DNA of 8,059 nucleotides from a virus (Duplodnaviria; Heunggongvirae; Uroviricota; Caudoviricetes): IMG/VR virus record IMGVR_UViG_2529292735_000021, positions 1 to 8,059 of that record; one strand, 5' to 3'. Shown piece by piece: positions 1 to 6,233 of this stretch (position 1 is its first letter; each line of letters starts with the position of its first letter). The notes under the pieces were generated by a model. It saw only the letters and a program-made list of their open reading frames with translations, ran no database searches and was not told where the DNA came from. The position numbers and the translations under genes were made by a program.

Positions 1-426
1 GGTGCGTCTGATGGCCTGCTGGATGGTGTTATCGCTGCCTGTCAGGGAAATGCCGTGGCGTTTCAGCTCTCCGCCAAGCTCCCGCATTTTCTGAATTTCC
101 CGTGTGCGCGATTCATTCAGGCGTTCAAGCCGGGTGCTTAACTGCTGCATCAGCTTTTGTTGTTTTTCGCTGAGCACTGTACCCGTGCGTTGTAACTGAT
201 TAAGGGCGTTAAGCTGGCGTCGTGCTTTCACGATGCCCGCATCCGCTTTACTGACAGCGTCACGGGCGCGCTCAAATGATCGCGCCTGACGCTCGAGATT
301 TTTGATCGCCCCCTGCGTTCGCTGGATGGAGTCACCAAACTGCCCCATCAGGCGGCGGGCGTTTTCGGCAGGCCGGGTCAGCCTGTCAGCGGCGCTGAAA
401 GCGACCCGGATATCAAGAGTCTTCAT
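1..426 (-). CDS. T: Phage tail tape measure protein (P2 gpT-like), N-terminal 142 codons only; gene continues past the window start
   Basis: ATG at 426-424 on minus strand with GGGAG about 8 nt upstream; hand translation MKTLDIRVAFSAADRLTRPAENARRLMGQFGDSIQRTQGAIKNLERQARSFERARD... stays open to position 1; Q/R/L/E-rich, coiled-coil-like composition typical of tape measure N-termini; lies directly downstream of the E/E' chaperone pair as in the P2 order FI-FII-E-E'-T. Not in ORF track because it has no stop inside the window. Confidence 0.65.
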   Translation of the reverse strand, partial: MKTLDIRVAFSAADRLTRPAENARRLMGQFGDSIQRTQGAIKNLERQARSFERARDAVSKADAGIVKARRQLNALNQLQRTGTVLSEKQQKLMQQLSTRLERLNESRTREIQKMRELGGELKRHGISLTGSDNTIQQAIRRT

Positions 427-631
427 TGTCTGCACTCCCGCTGCGAAGTGCCGCCCGCTCACGCCAGCTAACCACTTCGCCGGGCGTCATCATGAAGACT
501 TCGGCGGGCGACCAGTTAAAAATAACGGCAATATCTGCCACAAAGTCTTCTATGTGCTCAAAGCACACAACCGTGATCAGGCTTCCGTCGCCTGTTCGTT
601 CTTCCCGCCAGAGTCCGCACCGCTCAAAAAA
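413..631 (-). CDS. E': E' extension frame of the tail chaperone (E+E' fusion made by -1 ribosomal frameshift); overlaps the T start by about 14 nt
   Basis: ORF-track ORF 413..649 (-) is in the -1 frame relative to E and is entered exactly at the TTTTTTG heptamer; hand translation after the slip gives ...FERCGLWREERTGDGSLITVV... which matches that ORF. The two-ORF chaperone with slippery site upstream of the tape measure is a conserved tailed-phage arrangement. Confidence 0.6.
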   Translation of the reverse strand, partial: FFERCGLWREERTGDGSLITVVCFEHIEDFVADIAVIFNWSPAEVFMMTPGEVVSWRERAALRSGSADNEDS

Positions 632-943
632 TTTACGGCAACCACACATAACTGAATAAAGTCACGGGATGCCATTTTTTTGATCGTCACTTCATCCAGT
701 CGCGGTGATGTCACGCGTGACAGCAGCGTAAACATGGATTCCGCTTTCAGATTCAGCACATCAGACAGCGACAAATCTCGCAGAGATCCAGCCTGCTCAA
801 TAGCCCTGGTGATCTCCACATGCGTGATTTTTTTCGCCGCCTCGCTCAATTGGTTGGGTAAGTTTTACGCCACGCTCACTGGTTTCTTTCACAGTGTCAG
901 CAACTACCGTGTTTTCGGTATCGATGTTTTTCGTCTCTTTCAT
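577..943 (-). CDS. E: Tail assembly chaperone (P2 gpE-like), apparently frameshifted: 48-codon ATG frame (943 down to about 797) plus ORF-track ORF 577..849 in another frame; an A7 run (mRNA sense, 828-834) is the likely indel site
   Basis: ATG at 943-941 preceded by perfect AAGGAG; frame 1 reads MKETKNIDTENTVVADTVKETSERGVKLTQPIERGGEK then stops; ORF 577..849 (…SLRDLSLSDVL…) opens only 4 codons upstream of its TTG so it has no start of its own; removing one A from the A7 run joins the two frames. Position between FII and T matches P2. Confidence 0.6.
625..631 (-). other. Programmed -1 ribosomal frameshift slippery heptamer T-TTT-TTG (X XXY YYZ) in the E frame
   Basis: Minus-strand sequence GTA AAT TTT TTG AGC in the E frame (forward strand caaaaaa at 625-631); heptamer TTTTTTG lies in the overlap between the E frame (stop 577) and the E' frame. 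Confidence 0.6.
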
Positions 944-956
944 CAGGAAACTCCTT

Positions 957-1511
957 TCAGTCAGAGGCGACGCACTGCGCCGCCTGCATATTACTTATCA
1001 GCCAAGCCCAAGCGCGGAACGGATGCGGTCGGGCACAATGTCCTTGCCGTCCTTCCGGTAAATGAAGTTCAAGCAGGTCAATCTCCCACAACGGGCGATC
1101 GTTAACGCTCAGCTTGTAGTAGGTGTTTTTAATGGCGTAAGAGTGTGATGTGGCTTCGCCCTGTTTGGCTTCCCCCATATCAATTTCCGTCACACGTCCG
1201 CGCATTTCGACTTCATACAGGTCGCTTTCTGCATCGGTGTAGTATTCACCCGCAAAACGCAGCAGCGTGCCGTCAATCGTGCCGCCATACTTAAGGAACA
1301 GCTCACGAACTGCGCCCCCCATGACAAAGCTCGCATCAAGCGCGGAGTCGTCCAGACCGAGATCAATACTTACCGCACCCATCATGCCACCACCCCGGTA
1401 GCTGTCGGTTTTGCGCGTCAGCTTAGGCAGAGAGACGGACGTCACCTTACCCACTTCGTTTTCACCATCCACAAACAGCGTAAAAAAGCGAAGATGTTTT
1501 GGCACAGCCAT
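957..1511 (-). CDS. FII: Phage tail tube protein (P2 gpFII-like), with an apparent 1-bp insertion near 1068-1072 that corrupts the last ~25 codons; the undisrupted frame would stop at 1003-1005
   Basis: ORF-track 184 aa with motifs as I recall P2 FII (LPKLTRKT..YRGGGM, FAG.Y, VEMRGR..EID.GE.KQGE). After ...PLWEIDLL the listed frame gives a W/C-rich tail (ELHLPEGRQGHCARPHPFRAWAWL...) while the adjacent frame gives NFIYRKDGKDIVPDRIRSALGLG*, which resembles the P2 FII C-terminus as recalled. Start ATG overlaps the FI stop (ATGA at 1509-1513). Confidence 0.8.
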   Translation of the reverse strand: MAVPKHLRFFTLFVDGENEVGKVTSVSLPKLTRKTDSYRGGGMMGAVSIDLGLDDSALDASFVMGGAVRELFLKYGGTIDGTLLRFAGEYYTDAESDLYEVEMRGRVTEIDMGEAKQGEATSHSYAIKNTYYKLSVNDRPLWEIDLLELHLPEGRQGHCARPHPFRAWAWLISNMQAAQCVASD

Positions 1512-2696
1512 CAGGCACCTCCCAGCACCGCAAATGCGGGTTCAAAGTATTCATCAGTAAACGTCTGGTAAAGCTCCATGTCTTCCAGTGGCGGAACGGG
1601 CGTATATTTGTAGCGAATACGCACACGTCCCTGACGTAAATTCGTGGTGCCGTTATCCACCACGTCATACCAGCACTCCGCACCAATCAGTTTCCCGGCA
1701 GTCACCAGTGAATCCAGTTTTGCCCTGATGGCACTGATAACATCCTTCACGTTCGCAGGCGTCAGTGGACTGTCGATGGTTTCAAACTGCGCTTCCGCAA
1801 TTGAATCAGCCAGCACCTGTGCGGTTCGGGTATACACCTCAAAGATGTAGGCGTTCGTTTCCGGTGTGCGGTTGCCCCAGAAGCGGAACCCGTTGCGACG
1901 AATAATGGTCGTGATTTCTTTGTTGTTGAGGCTGTTGGCATCGCTGTCTTCGGCCTGCAACGACCAGAACACATGCCTGGACATTCCCAGCACATTTTTA
2001 ACCGGAACGTTGGACAGCGATTTGTGCCAGCCCTGCTCATGGTCAATGTACGCACGAAGGCCGCACGCATAAGCAGGCGCGGGGAACGTTTCGTTTTTGC
2101 CACTTTTCGGGTTGTAGGCGATGAAGTCAGGCCATAAGAGCATCACCTCACGTTCGTTGAATTTCTGGCGGTAGGTAATCGCCTCAGCCATCGTGTTACA
2201 ACCATGACATGTGGCATACACAAACGCGCGCAGTTTACCCGCAATCACGCACAGGGATTTTGTCACCGCCTCCGTGTCCAGCTCCGGCGCGGCCAGAATA
2301 CGCGGACGGTATCCGATGCTTTCATCCTGCTCTGCAACAAGCAGCGCATACATCCCCGTATAGCTGCCGTCATCCTCAGAACCACCGATAACCAGTTGAT
2401 CCTGCGTCTTACCGTCTTCTTCTTTGTGTTCAGCCACGCGAACGACGATCACCTTTGTGCTCACCTGGTCTGCGATGGCCTTAAGCGCACGATAAAGCGT
2501 CCCCGTTGTCCCGCATTTTCCCAGCACGTCATTGACGCGGGTCAGCAGTGTGGGCTTGTTCAGCGGGAACAGCTTCGCGTCCGCATCATTCCGCCGTTGC
2601 CACGATACCGATAACGCTGGAATCAACATCGTTAATCGCTGTTACCAGGTCGGTATTTTCCGTAACACGGGCACCATGAAAACGAGTTTCACTCAT
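1511..2696 (-). CDS. FI: Phage contractile tail sheath protein (P2 gpFI-like), with an apparent 1-bp frameshift near 2585-2592 separating the first ~36 codons (ATG at 2696-2694) from the 372-codon ORF 1511..2629
   Basis: ORF-track protein carries tail sheath motifs as recalled for P2 FI (FPLNKP, KLRAF, WPDF, GLRA.ID.EQGWHK.LSNV, IRR.GFRFWGNRT, YTRTAQV, YTPVPPLE). The missing N-terminus MSETRFHGARVTENTDLVTAINDVDSSVIGIVATAE* is in another frame directly upstream with an AAGGGG RBS; the frames differ by one base at ggcggAAtgatg. Confidence 0.85.
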
Positions 2697-2853
2697 AGCT
2701 TCAGCCCCTTGTATCCGTTAAATGATTCGGCAACAATCATCACCCACCACGCGCGTAATCTCACTCCTGCGCCATTCTCCCGCCACGGCGACAACAAAAA
2801 GCAGTAACCCCCTCCGCACGCACATGCGACCATGCCGCACAGGGAGGGAACAG

Positions 2854-3958
2854 ATGACCGACACCACCATGCAATTGCTCAGTCAGGGCACAGACCCCGT
2901 GAAAATGCCGGATTTTGATATTCTCGCGGAGGGTAAAACGCTGTCAGGCGTGGCAGAGCGCCTGATGAGCCTGTCACTGACCGACAACCGGGGATTTGAA
3001 GCAGACCAGCTCACCATCACGCTGGATGATGCAGATGGTCAGTTGCAGCTACCGCCACGGGGCGCGCGCCTGACGGTTCTCATTGGCTGGAAAGGAGAAC
3101 CGCTGACAGAAAAAGGCACTTACATTGTTGATGAAATCGCTCACGAAGGACCGCCGGACAGGCTGACTGTTTCAGCCAGAAGCGCAGATTTTCGGGATGA
3201 ATTTAACGTTAAACGTGAGGAGTCCTGGCATGATGTGACCGTTGAGCGTGTGGTATCCGCCATCGCTCATCGGTATGGTCTGAAACCGCAAATCAGCGAA
3301 ATGCTGATGGATATCGAAATCGACCACGCCGACCAGACCGAAGAAAGCGACATGTCCTTTCTTACGCGCATGGCGGAAATGCTGGGCGCAATCACCACCG
3401 TAAAAAGCGGCAATCTGTTATTCATCATGCCAGGTGGTGGCGTGAACGCACAGGGCCAGCCGTTGCCCTCGTTCGCCATTACACGCAGCAGCGGCGATCG
3501 CCATCAGTTCCGTATTGCTGACCGCGAGGCGTATACGGGGGTACGCGCCTACTGGCTTGATCTTAATTACGGGAAAAAAAAAGGTCAGCGTAAAACGCCG
3601 TAAACCGCCAAAACCCAAAAAGGAGAAAAGCAGCAGCCGTGAAGGTGATTATATGGAAGGCGCGGAAGGAAATGTGTTTGTGTTACGCAAGACTTATCAG
3701 AACGAGCAGGCAGCAAGACGCGCTGCGGCGGCAAAGTGGCAGCAGCTACAACGCGGAGCCGCATCATTCTCCATCACGCTGGCGCGTGGACGTGCAGAAC
3801 TCTACCCCGAAATGCATGGCACGGTAACAGGATTTAAAAGCGAGATTGATAATCAGGACTGGATTATTGCAAAAGCCGAGCACACCATTGATAACAGCGG
3901 TTTTACCACGCAGCTTGAACTTGAAACAAAAATCCCTGAATGGATTGCGCAGACCTAA
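2854..3958 (+). CDS. D: Phage late gene D protein (P2 gpD-like), split by a frame change inside an A9 homopolymer (3574-3582): frame A 2854..3603, frame B continues to the stop at 3956-3958
   Basis: ATG at 2854 preceded by AGGGAGGG; N-terminal MTDTTMQLLSQGTDPVKMPDFDILAEGKTLSGVAERLMSLSLTDNRGFEADQLTITLDDADGQ matches P2 gpD as recalled; frame A ends ...LNYGKKKGQRKTP* and frame B reads GKKKVSVKRRKPPKPKKEK... to ...KIPEWIAQT*. An A8 run would give one continuous ORF of about 367 codons. Confidence 0.85.
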
Positions 3959-3973
3959 ATGGTGGGAAGATAC

Positions 3974-4011
3974 GGCACAGAGCCAACATAATATACCTGT
4001 TTGCTCTGTGC
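3974..4011. terminator. Perfect 10-bp inverted repeat (ggcacagagc ... gctctgtgcc) with 18-nt loop between convergent genes D (+) and the AT-rich cargo ORF (-); possible bidirectional terminator or protein-binding site
   Basis: Stem arms at 3974-3983 and 4002-4011 are exact reverse complements; sits in the 130-bp gap between the D stop (3958) and the cargo ORF stop (4089). No clear U-tract on either side, hence low confidence as an intrinsic terminator. Confidence 0.3.
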
Positions 4012-4088
4012 CCGAAATAGGCATCATAAACCTAACGATGAATTGATATGCAAGATTATAAAAAATCCGCTGACATTATTTCTCATCG

Positions 4089-5243
4089 TTAATCAAGTTT
4101 TTGCTGATGATACCGATACAGCATCATTCTAAGTTTTAGCAAGGTTGTACTATCATTATCTGCAGAGCAAAAATTATACCAACCCTCAGTATATTTATTT
4201 AAAGTATCAAAGTAATAATCCTTCAATGGATCATCCCTATCTGAGTGGAGACAAGAAAACATCTTCTGAAGAACATAATTTAATTCACCTGTAGGAAGCC
4301 TCGAAATAATCACATCACAAGTAGTTGTTAAATCTTCAATATTCATTTTCTGAAGATTATTTCTAATCTCTAAAACGATCGGATAGAGTTTACTCAAAAA
4401 CTCATTTACTTCATCTTGAAGATGCTTCTCTTTAACACAACCATCAAACAAATGAATTAACTCTTCCAATTGCATTCGGTAATAATCATTATTACCTCGT
4501 ATAGCGACTTCTGAAAGAAGCATCCTCAACTCATCATAAATGTTATCGGTGGATGATATAACTTGCGCGGACAAAACATCGTAATGGTTGTTACGAATTA
4601 CCACTATAGAGTCCATCAGTTTTTCTAGATATTTATACCTACTTTCAACATATGAGATAAGCTCGTTAAATTTAATACCGAAAATAATATCATCCACACC
4701 GGGTTTGTTATTATAAAGACTTATAGTAAAATCATTATTATTAAGTGCATAAAAATGAGGCCAGCTCGCAAACAATCTCTCCCCGTGGTTATTTTTAAGA
4801 TTCGTAGGGTGAGCACCAAAAATAGCGCGAATACTCTTAAAATAAGAGTCATTATCCTCATGAGAAAGATAATGTATTTTATCCTTAAAAATATCAACAG
4901 AGCCTTTAAAAGGCCATTTCATAAAATTATTGTCAGTTTCAATAATACGATGGAGTTGCCGCACCGCTTCCACTATTATATCGATTGATGATATAATAGT
5001 ATAAATCTGCATAGCTTTAATATCAATGTCTTCAGATATTTCAGGGATGTTCATAAGATAGCGTATAGAAACAGTAATCCAATCCATGCATGAACAAATA
5101 GGGCTGAACTGATTTTTACCATTTCTGTTTATGAAGTAACTATAAACAAAATCTCTTTCATTAACTACATCGCGAAAATCCGTTATTAAAGTATCATTAA
5201 TAGTTATACCAAAATTTGTCTTAGTTATCTTCATAGTGACCAT
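4089..5243 (-). CDS. Hypothetical protein, 384-386 codons, AT-rich horizontally acquired cargo between phage D and ogr; candidate anti-phage defense/abortive-infection protein of unknown family
   Basis: Long uninterrupted ORF in sequence of about 30% GC (hand count on sample lines) flanked by about 55-60% GC phage DNA; opposite strand to both neighbours; stop TAA at 4089-4091. Start is ambiguous: GTG 5249, ATG 5243 or ATG 5234, none with a strong SD. No P-loop, nucleotidyltransferase or other signature seen by eye; one R-x5-H string (RAIFGAH). Confidence 0.7.
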   Translation of the reverse strand: MVTMKITKTNFGITINDTLITDFRDVVNERDFVYSYFINRNGKNQFSPICSCMDWITVSIRYLMNIPEISEDIDIKAMQIYTIISSIDIIVEAVRQLHRIIETDNNFMKWPFKGSVDIFKDKIHYLSHEDNDSYFKSIRAIFGAHPTNLKNNHGERLFASWPHFYALNNNDFTISLYNNKPGVDDIIFGIKFNELISYVESRYKYLEKLMDSIVVIRNNHYDVLSAQVISSTDNIYDELRMLLSEVAIRGNNDYYRMQLEELIHLFDGCVKEKHLQDEVNEFLSKLYPIVLEIRNNLQKMNIEDLTTTCDVIISRLPTGELNYVLQKMFSCLHSDRDDPLKDYYFDTLNKYTEGWYNFCSADNDSTTLLKLRMMLYRYHQQKLD

Positions 5244-5450
5244 TTTCACATCAACATTCTCATAGAGAGTAGATTTTTACCGTTATCATATATAAACACA
5301 AGTCATCTGGTTATCCGAATCACTATATTTAAAGCAATTAGGTTTAAACATGCACTCCTGCGCTAACTTTTTGCTCAAGGCGGAGTGGCTGTTGGAGTCT
5401 GAGCCAGTACAACTTAAAATAGAACCAGCACCACGTTAAGGGAGGTCGCT

Positions 5451-5711
5451 ATGTTCCGTTGTCCGCTTTGTGGCGCATCTGCCCGTATCCGCACAAGTCG
5501 TCCGGAAAATGATTCAAACACCGTGCGGCAAAAGTATTACCAGTGTAACAATCTGGAATGCGGCGTATGCTTCTCAACACTGGAAGCTTTCCATAAATTC
5601 ACATCGAAACACGCCTCCGGCGTTCACTCTTCAGAAGGTATCCCGTGGCATGAGCTACCAGCTTCACACAGGGGAAACAATCAGATGAGTTTGCCTTTAC
5701 CTCAGAATTAA
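5451..5711 (+). CDS. ogr: Ogr/Delta-family zinc-finger late transcription activator, 86 codons
   Basis: ATG at 5451 preceded by AAGGGAGG; N-terminus MFRCPLCGASARIRTSR....QKYYQCNNLECGVCF has the C-x2-C ... C-x4-C arrangement and matches P2 Ogr (MFHCPLCQHAAHARTSR...YHQCQNVNCSATF) as recalled; lies downstream of D as in P2. The C-terminal half is divergent and longer than the ~72-aa P2 Ogr. Confidence 0.75.
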   Translation: MFRCPLCGASARIRTSRPENDSNTVRQKYYQCNNLECGVCFSTLEAFHKFTSKHASGVHSSEGIPWHELPASHRGNNQMSLPLPQN

Positions 5712-5720
5712 CAAGCAGAA

Positions 5721-5749
5721 TTGCCGGAGTAACAAAAAAGCGATAGATT
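5721..5749 (+). promoter_or_regulatory. Putative sigma70 promoter for the hok/mok mRNA (TTGCCG - 17 nt - TAGATT)
   Basis: -35 TTGCCG at 5721-5726, 17-nt spacer, -10 TAGATT at 5744-5749, about 150 nt upstream of the hok ATG, consistent with a long structured leader. The sequence block from about 5735 onward is duplicated in diverged form at 6751 onward. Confidence 0.4.
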
Positions 5750-5830
5750 ACGCGCGGGTGCCTTTCGGCTGATGGTCGGAGGGAATACCCGAAGGCCAGA
5801 TGTGGAAAGGCCCCGGAAAACACTTTTGTT
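5750..5830 (-). ncRNA. sok: Expected location of a Sok-type antisense RNA (antitoxin) opposite the mok start region; coordinates approximate
   Basis: Placed by analogy with plasmid R1 hok/sok, where the ~64-nt Sok RNA is antisense to the mok ribosome-binding region in the hok mRNA leader. I could not identify a convincing -10/-35 pair or terminator by eye, so this is positional inference only. Confidence 0.25.
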
Positions 5831-5984
5831 TAACCGAGGCCCTAACCATCTAACCTTAGCAAGTGATAGGTTAGCGCCTCCCCTAAAAAGGAGCAAGCGC
5901 TATGTCGCAAAAATCGCTTACGGCCATCACGTTCTGCGTGACGGTAATCCTCATCATCTGGATGCTGCACGGTTCGCTGTGTGA
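5772..5984 (+). CDS. mok: Putative mok-like overlapping reading frame (translational coupler for hok)
   Basis: ORF-track 70-codon ORF starting at ATG 5772 in the hok leader and overlapping the first ~27 codons of hok in another frame, which is the mok/hok arrangement of R1-type loci. The protein sequence itself is uninformative. Confidence 0.35.
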   Translation: MVGGNTRRPDVERPRKTLLFNRGPNHLTLASDRLAPPLKRSKRYVAKIAYGHHVLRDGNPHHLDAARFAV

Positions 5985-6042
5985 AATACGGATGAGCTTC
6001 TGGGGAGCGGAGTTTGCGGCGTTCTTACAGTGTAAGCAGTAA
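5902..6042 (+). CDS. hok: Hok/Gef-family type I toxin, 46 codons (small membrane peptide)
   Basis: ATG at 5902 with AAGGAG 9 nt upstream; hand translation MSQKSLTAITFCVTVILIIWMLHGSLCEIRMSFWGAEFAAFLQCKQ*: N-terminal hydrophobic helix, the family SLCEIR motif and a second Cys in the C-terminal AAFLxC segment (compare Hok ...SLCEIR...EVAAFMA and HokA ...SLCELH...ELAAFLACK as recalled). Missing from the ORF track because it is under 60 codons. Confidence 0.8.
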   Translation: MSQKSLTAITFCVTVILIIWMLHGSLCEIRMSFWGAEFAAFLQCKQ

Positions 6043-6051
6043 GGAAACCGC

Positions 6052-6073
6052 GACGGGGGAGTAATCCCCCGTC
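6052..6073 (+). other. 9-bp stem with GTAA (GNRA) tetraloop in the hok 3' UTR; candidate 3' fold-back (fbi-like) structural element of the hok mRNA
   Basis: gacggggga GTAA tcccccgtc is a perfect hairpin 10 nt after the hok stop; hok-family mRNAs are known to carry 3' elements that pair with the 5' end to keep the full-length mRNA inactive. Confidence 0.35.
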
Positions 6074-6127
6074 AATCGGTTGCCAAGGCTGGCCGAAGTG
6101 GCACCCTATCCCATCGACAGAAACAAT

Positions 6128-6162
6128 AAAACCCGCAGCGTAAAACTAGCGGGTTTTATTTT
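6128..6162 (+). terminator. Rho-independent terminator of the hok transcript (AAAACCCGC - 12-nt loop - GCGGGTTTT followed by ATTTT)
   Basis: Perfect 9-bp stem 6128-6136 / 6149-6157 followed by a T-rich tract; A-tract upstream means it could also act on the minus strand. Confidence 0.65.
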
Positions 6163-6233
6163 GGAACTCTCACTTAGCTAGGGTACCGTTAACAACACAC
6201 ATAATGCTCGCAAAACAAACCAGTCAAAAGTAA

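Noticed and set aside
302-659. Plus-strand ORFs 302..655 and 426..659 from the ORF track
   Set aside because: They lie antisense to or overlap the T and E' coding frames, have no RBS and no recognisable sequence; the minus-strand frames carry the phage gene content.
680-1105. Plus-strand ORF 680..1105 (141 aa)
   Set aside because: Antisense to the E and FII genes; S/R-rich composition typical of an out-of-frame read of a GC-rich gene.
1462-2614. ORFs 1462..1686(-), 1644..1850(+), 1762..2103(-), 1866..2072(+), 2204..2614(+), 2209..2391(+) nested in the tail sheath region
   Set aside because: All are alternative-frame or antisense reads inside the FI/FII coding sequence, which is accounted for by the sheath and tube proteins.
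2532-2853. ORFs 2532..2807(+) and the 5' part of 2722..3603(+) (MIRQQSSPTTR...)
   Set aside because: The D gene starts at ATG 2854 with a strong RBS; the upstream in-frame extension has no RBS and no counterpart in gpD as recalled; 2532..2807 is antisense to the FI 5' end.
2697-2853. Ogr-dependent late promoter (TGT-N12-ACA dyad) upstream of FI or D
   Set aside because: The only TGT in the divergent region (2710-2712) is not followed by ACA at the required spacing, so I could not support a late-promoter call.
3515-3958. ORF 3515..3958(+) as an independent gene
   Set aside because: It is the downstream reading frame of gene D entered by the frame change in the A9 run, not a separate gene; its first ~20 codons overlap frame A.
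3267-4046. Small ORFs 3267..3479(-), 3418..3618(-), 3585..3767(-), 3639..3827(+), 3764..4027(-), 3846..4046(+)
   Set aside because: Nested within or antisense to gene D; no RBS and no recognisable content.
4755-4988. Plus-strand ORF 4755..4988 inside the AT-rich cargo gene
   Set aside because: Antisense read of an AT-rich region where stop-free stretches arise by chance; fully contained in the long minus-strand ORF.
5470-5896. ORFs 5470..5688(+), 5599..5823(-), 5708..5896(-)
   Set aside because: 5470..5688 is an alternative frame of ogr; the two minus-strand ORFs span the ogr 3' end and hok leader, where the expected antisense product is a short non-coding Sok RNA rather than a 60-70 codon protein.
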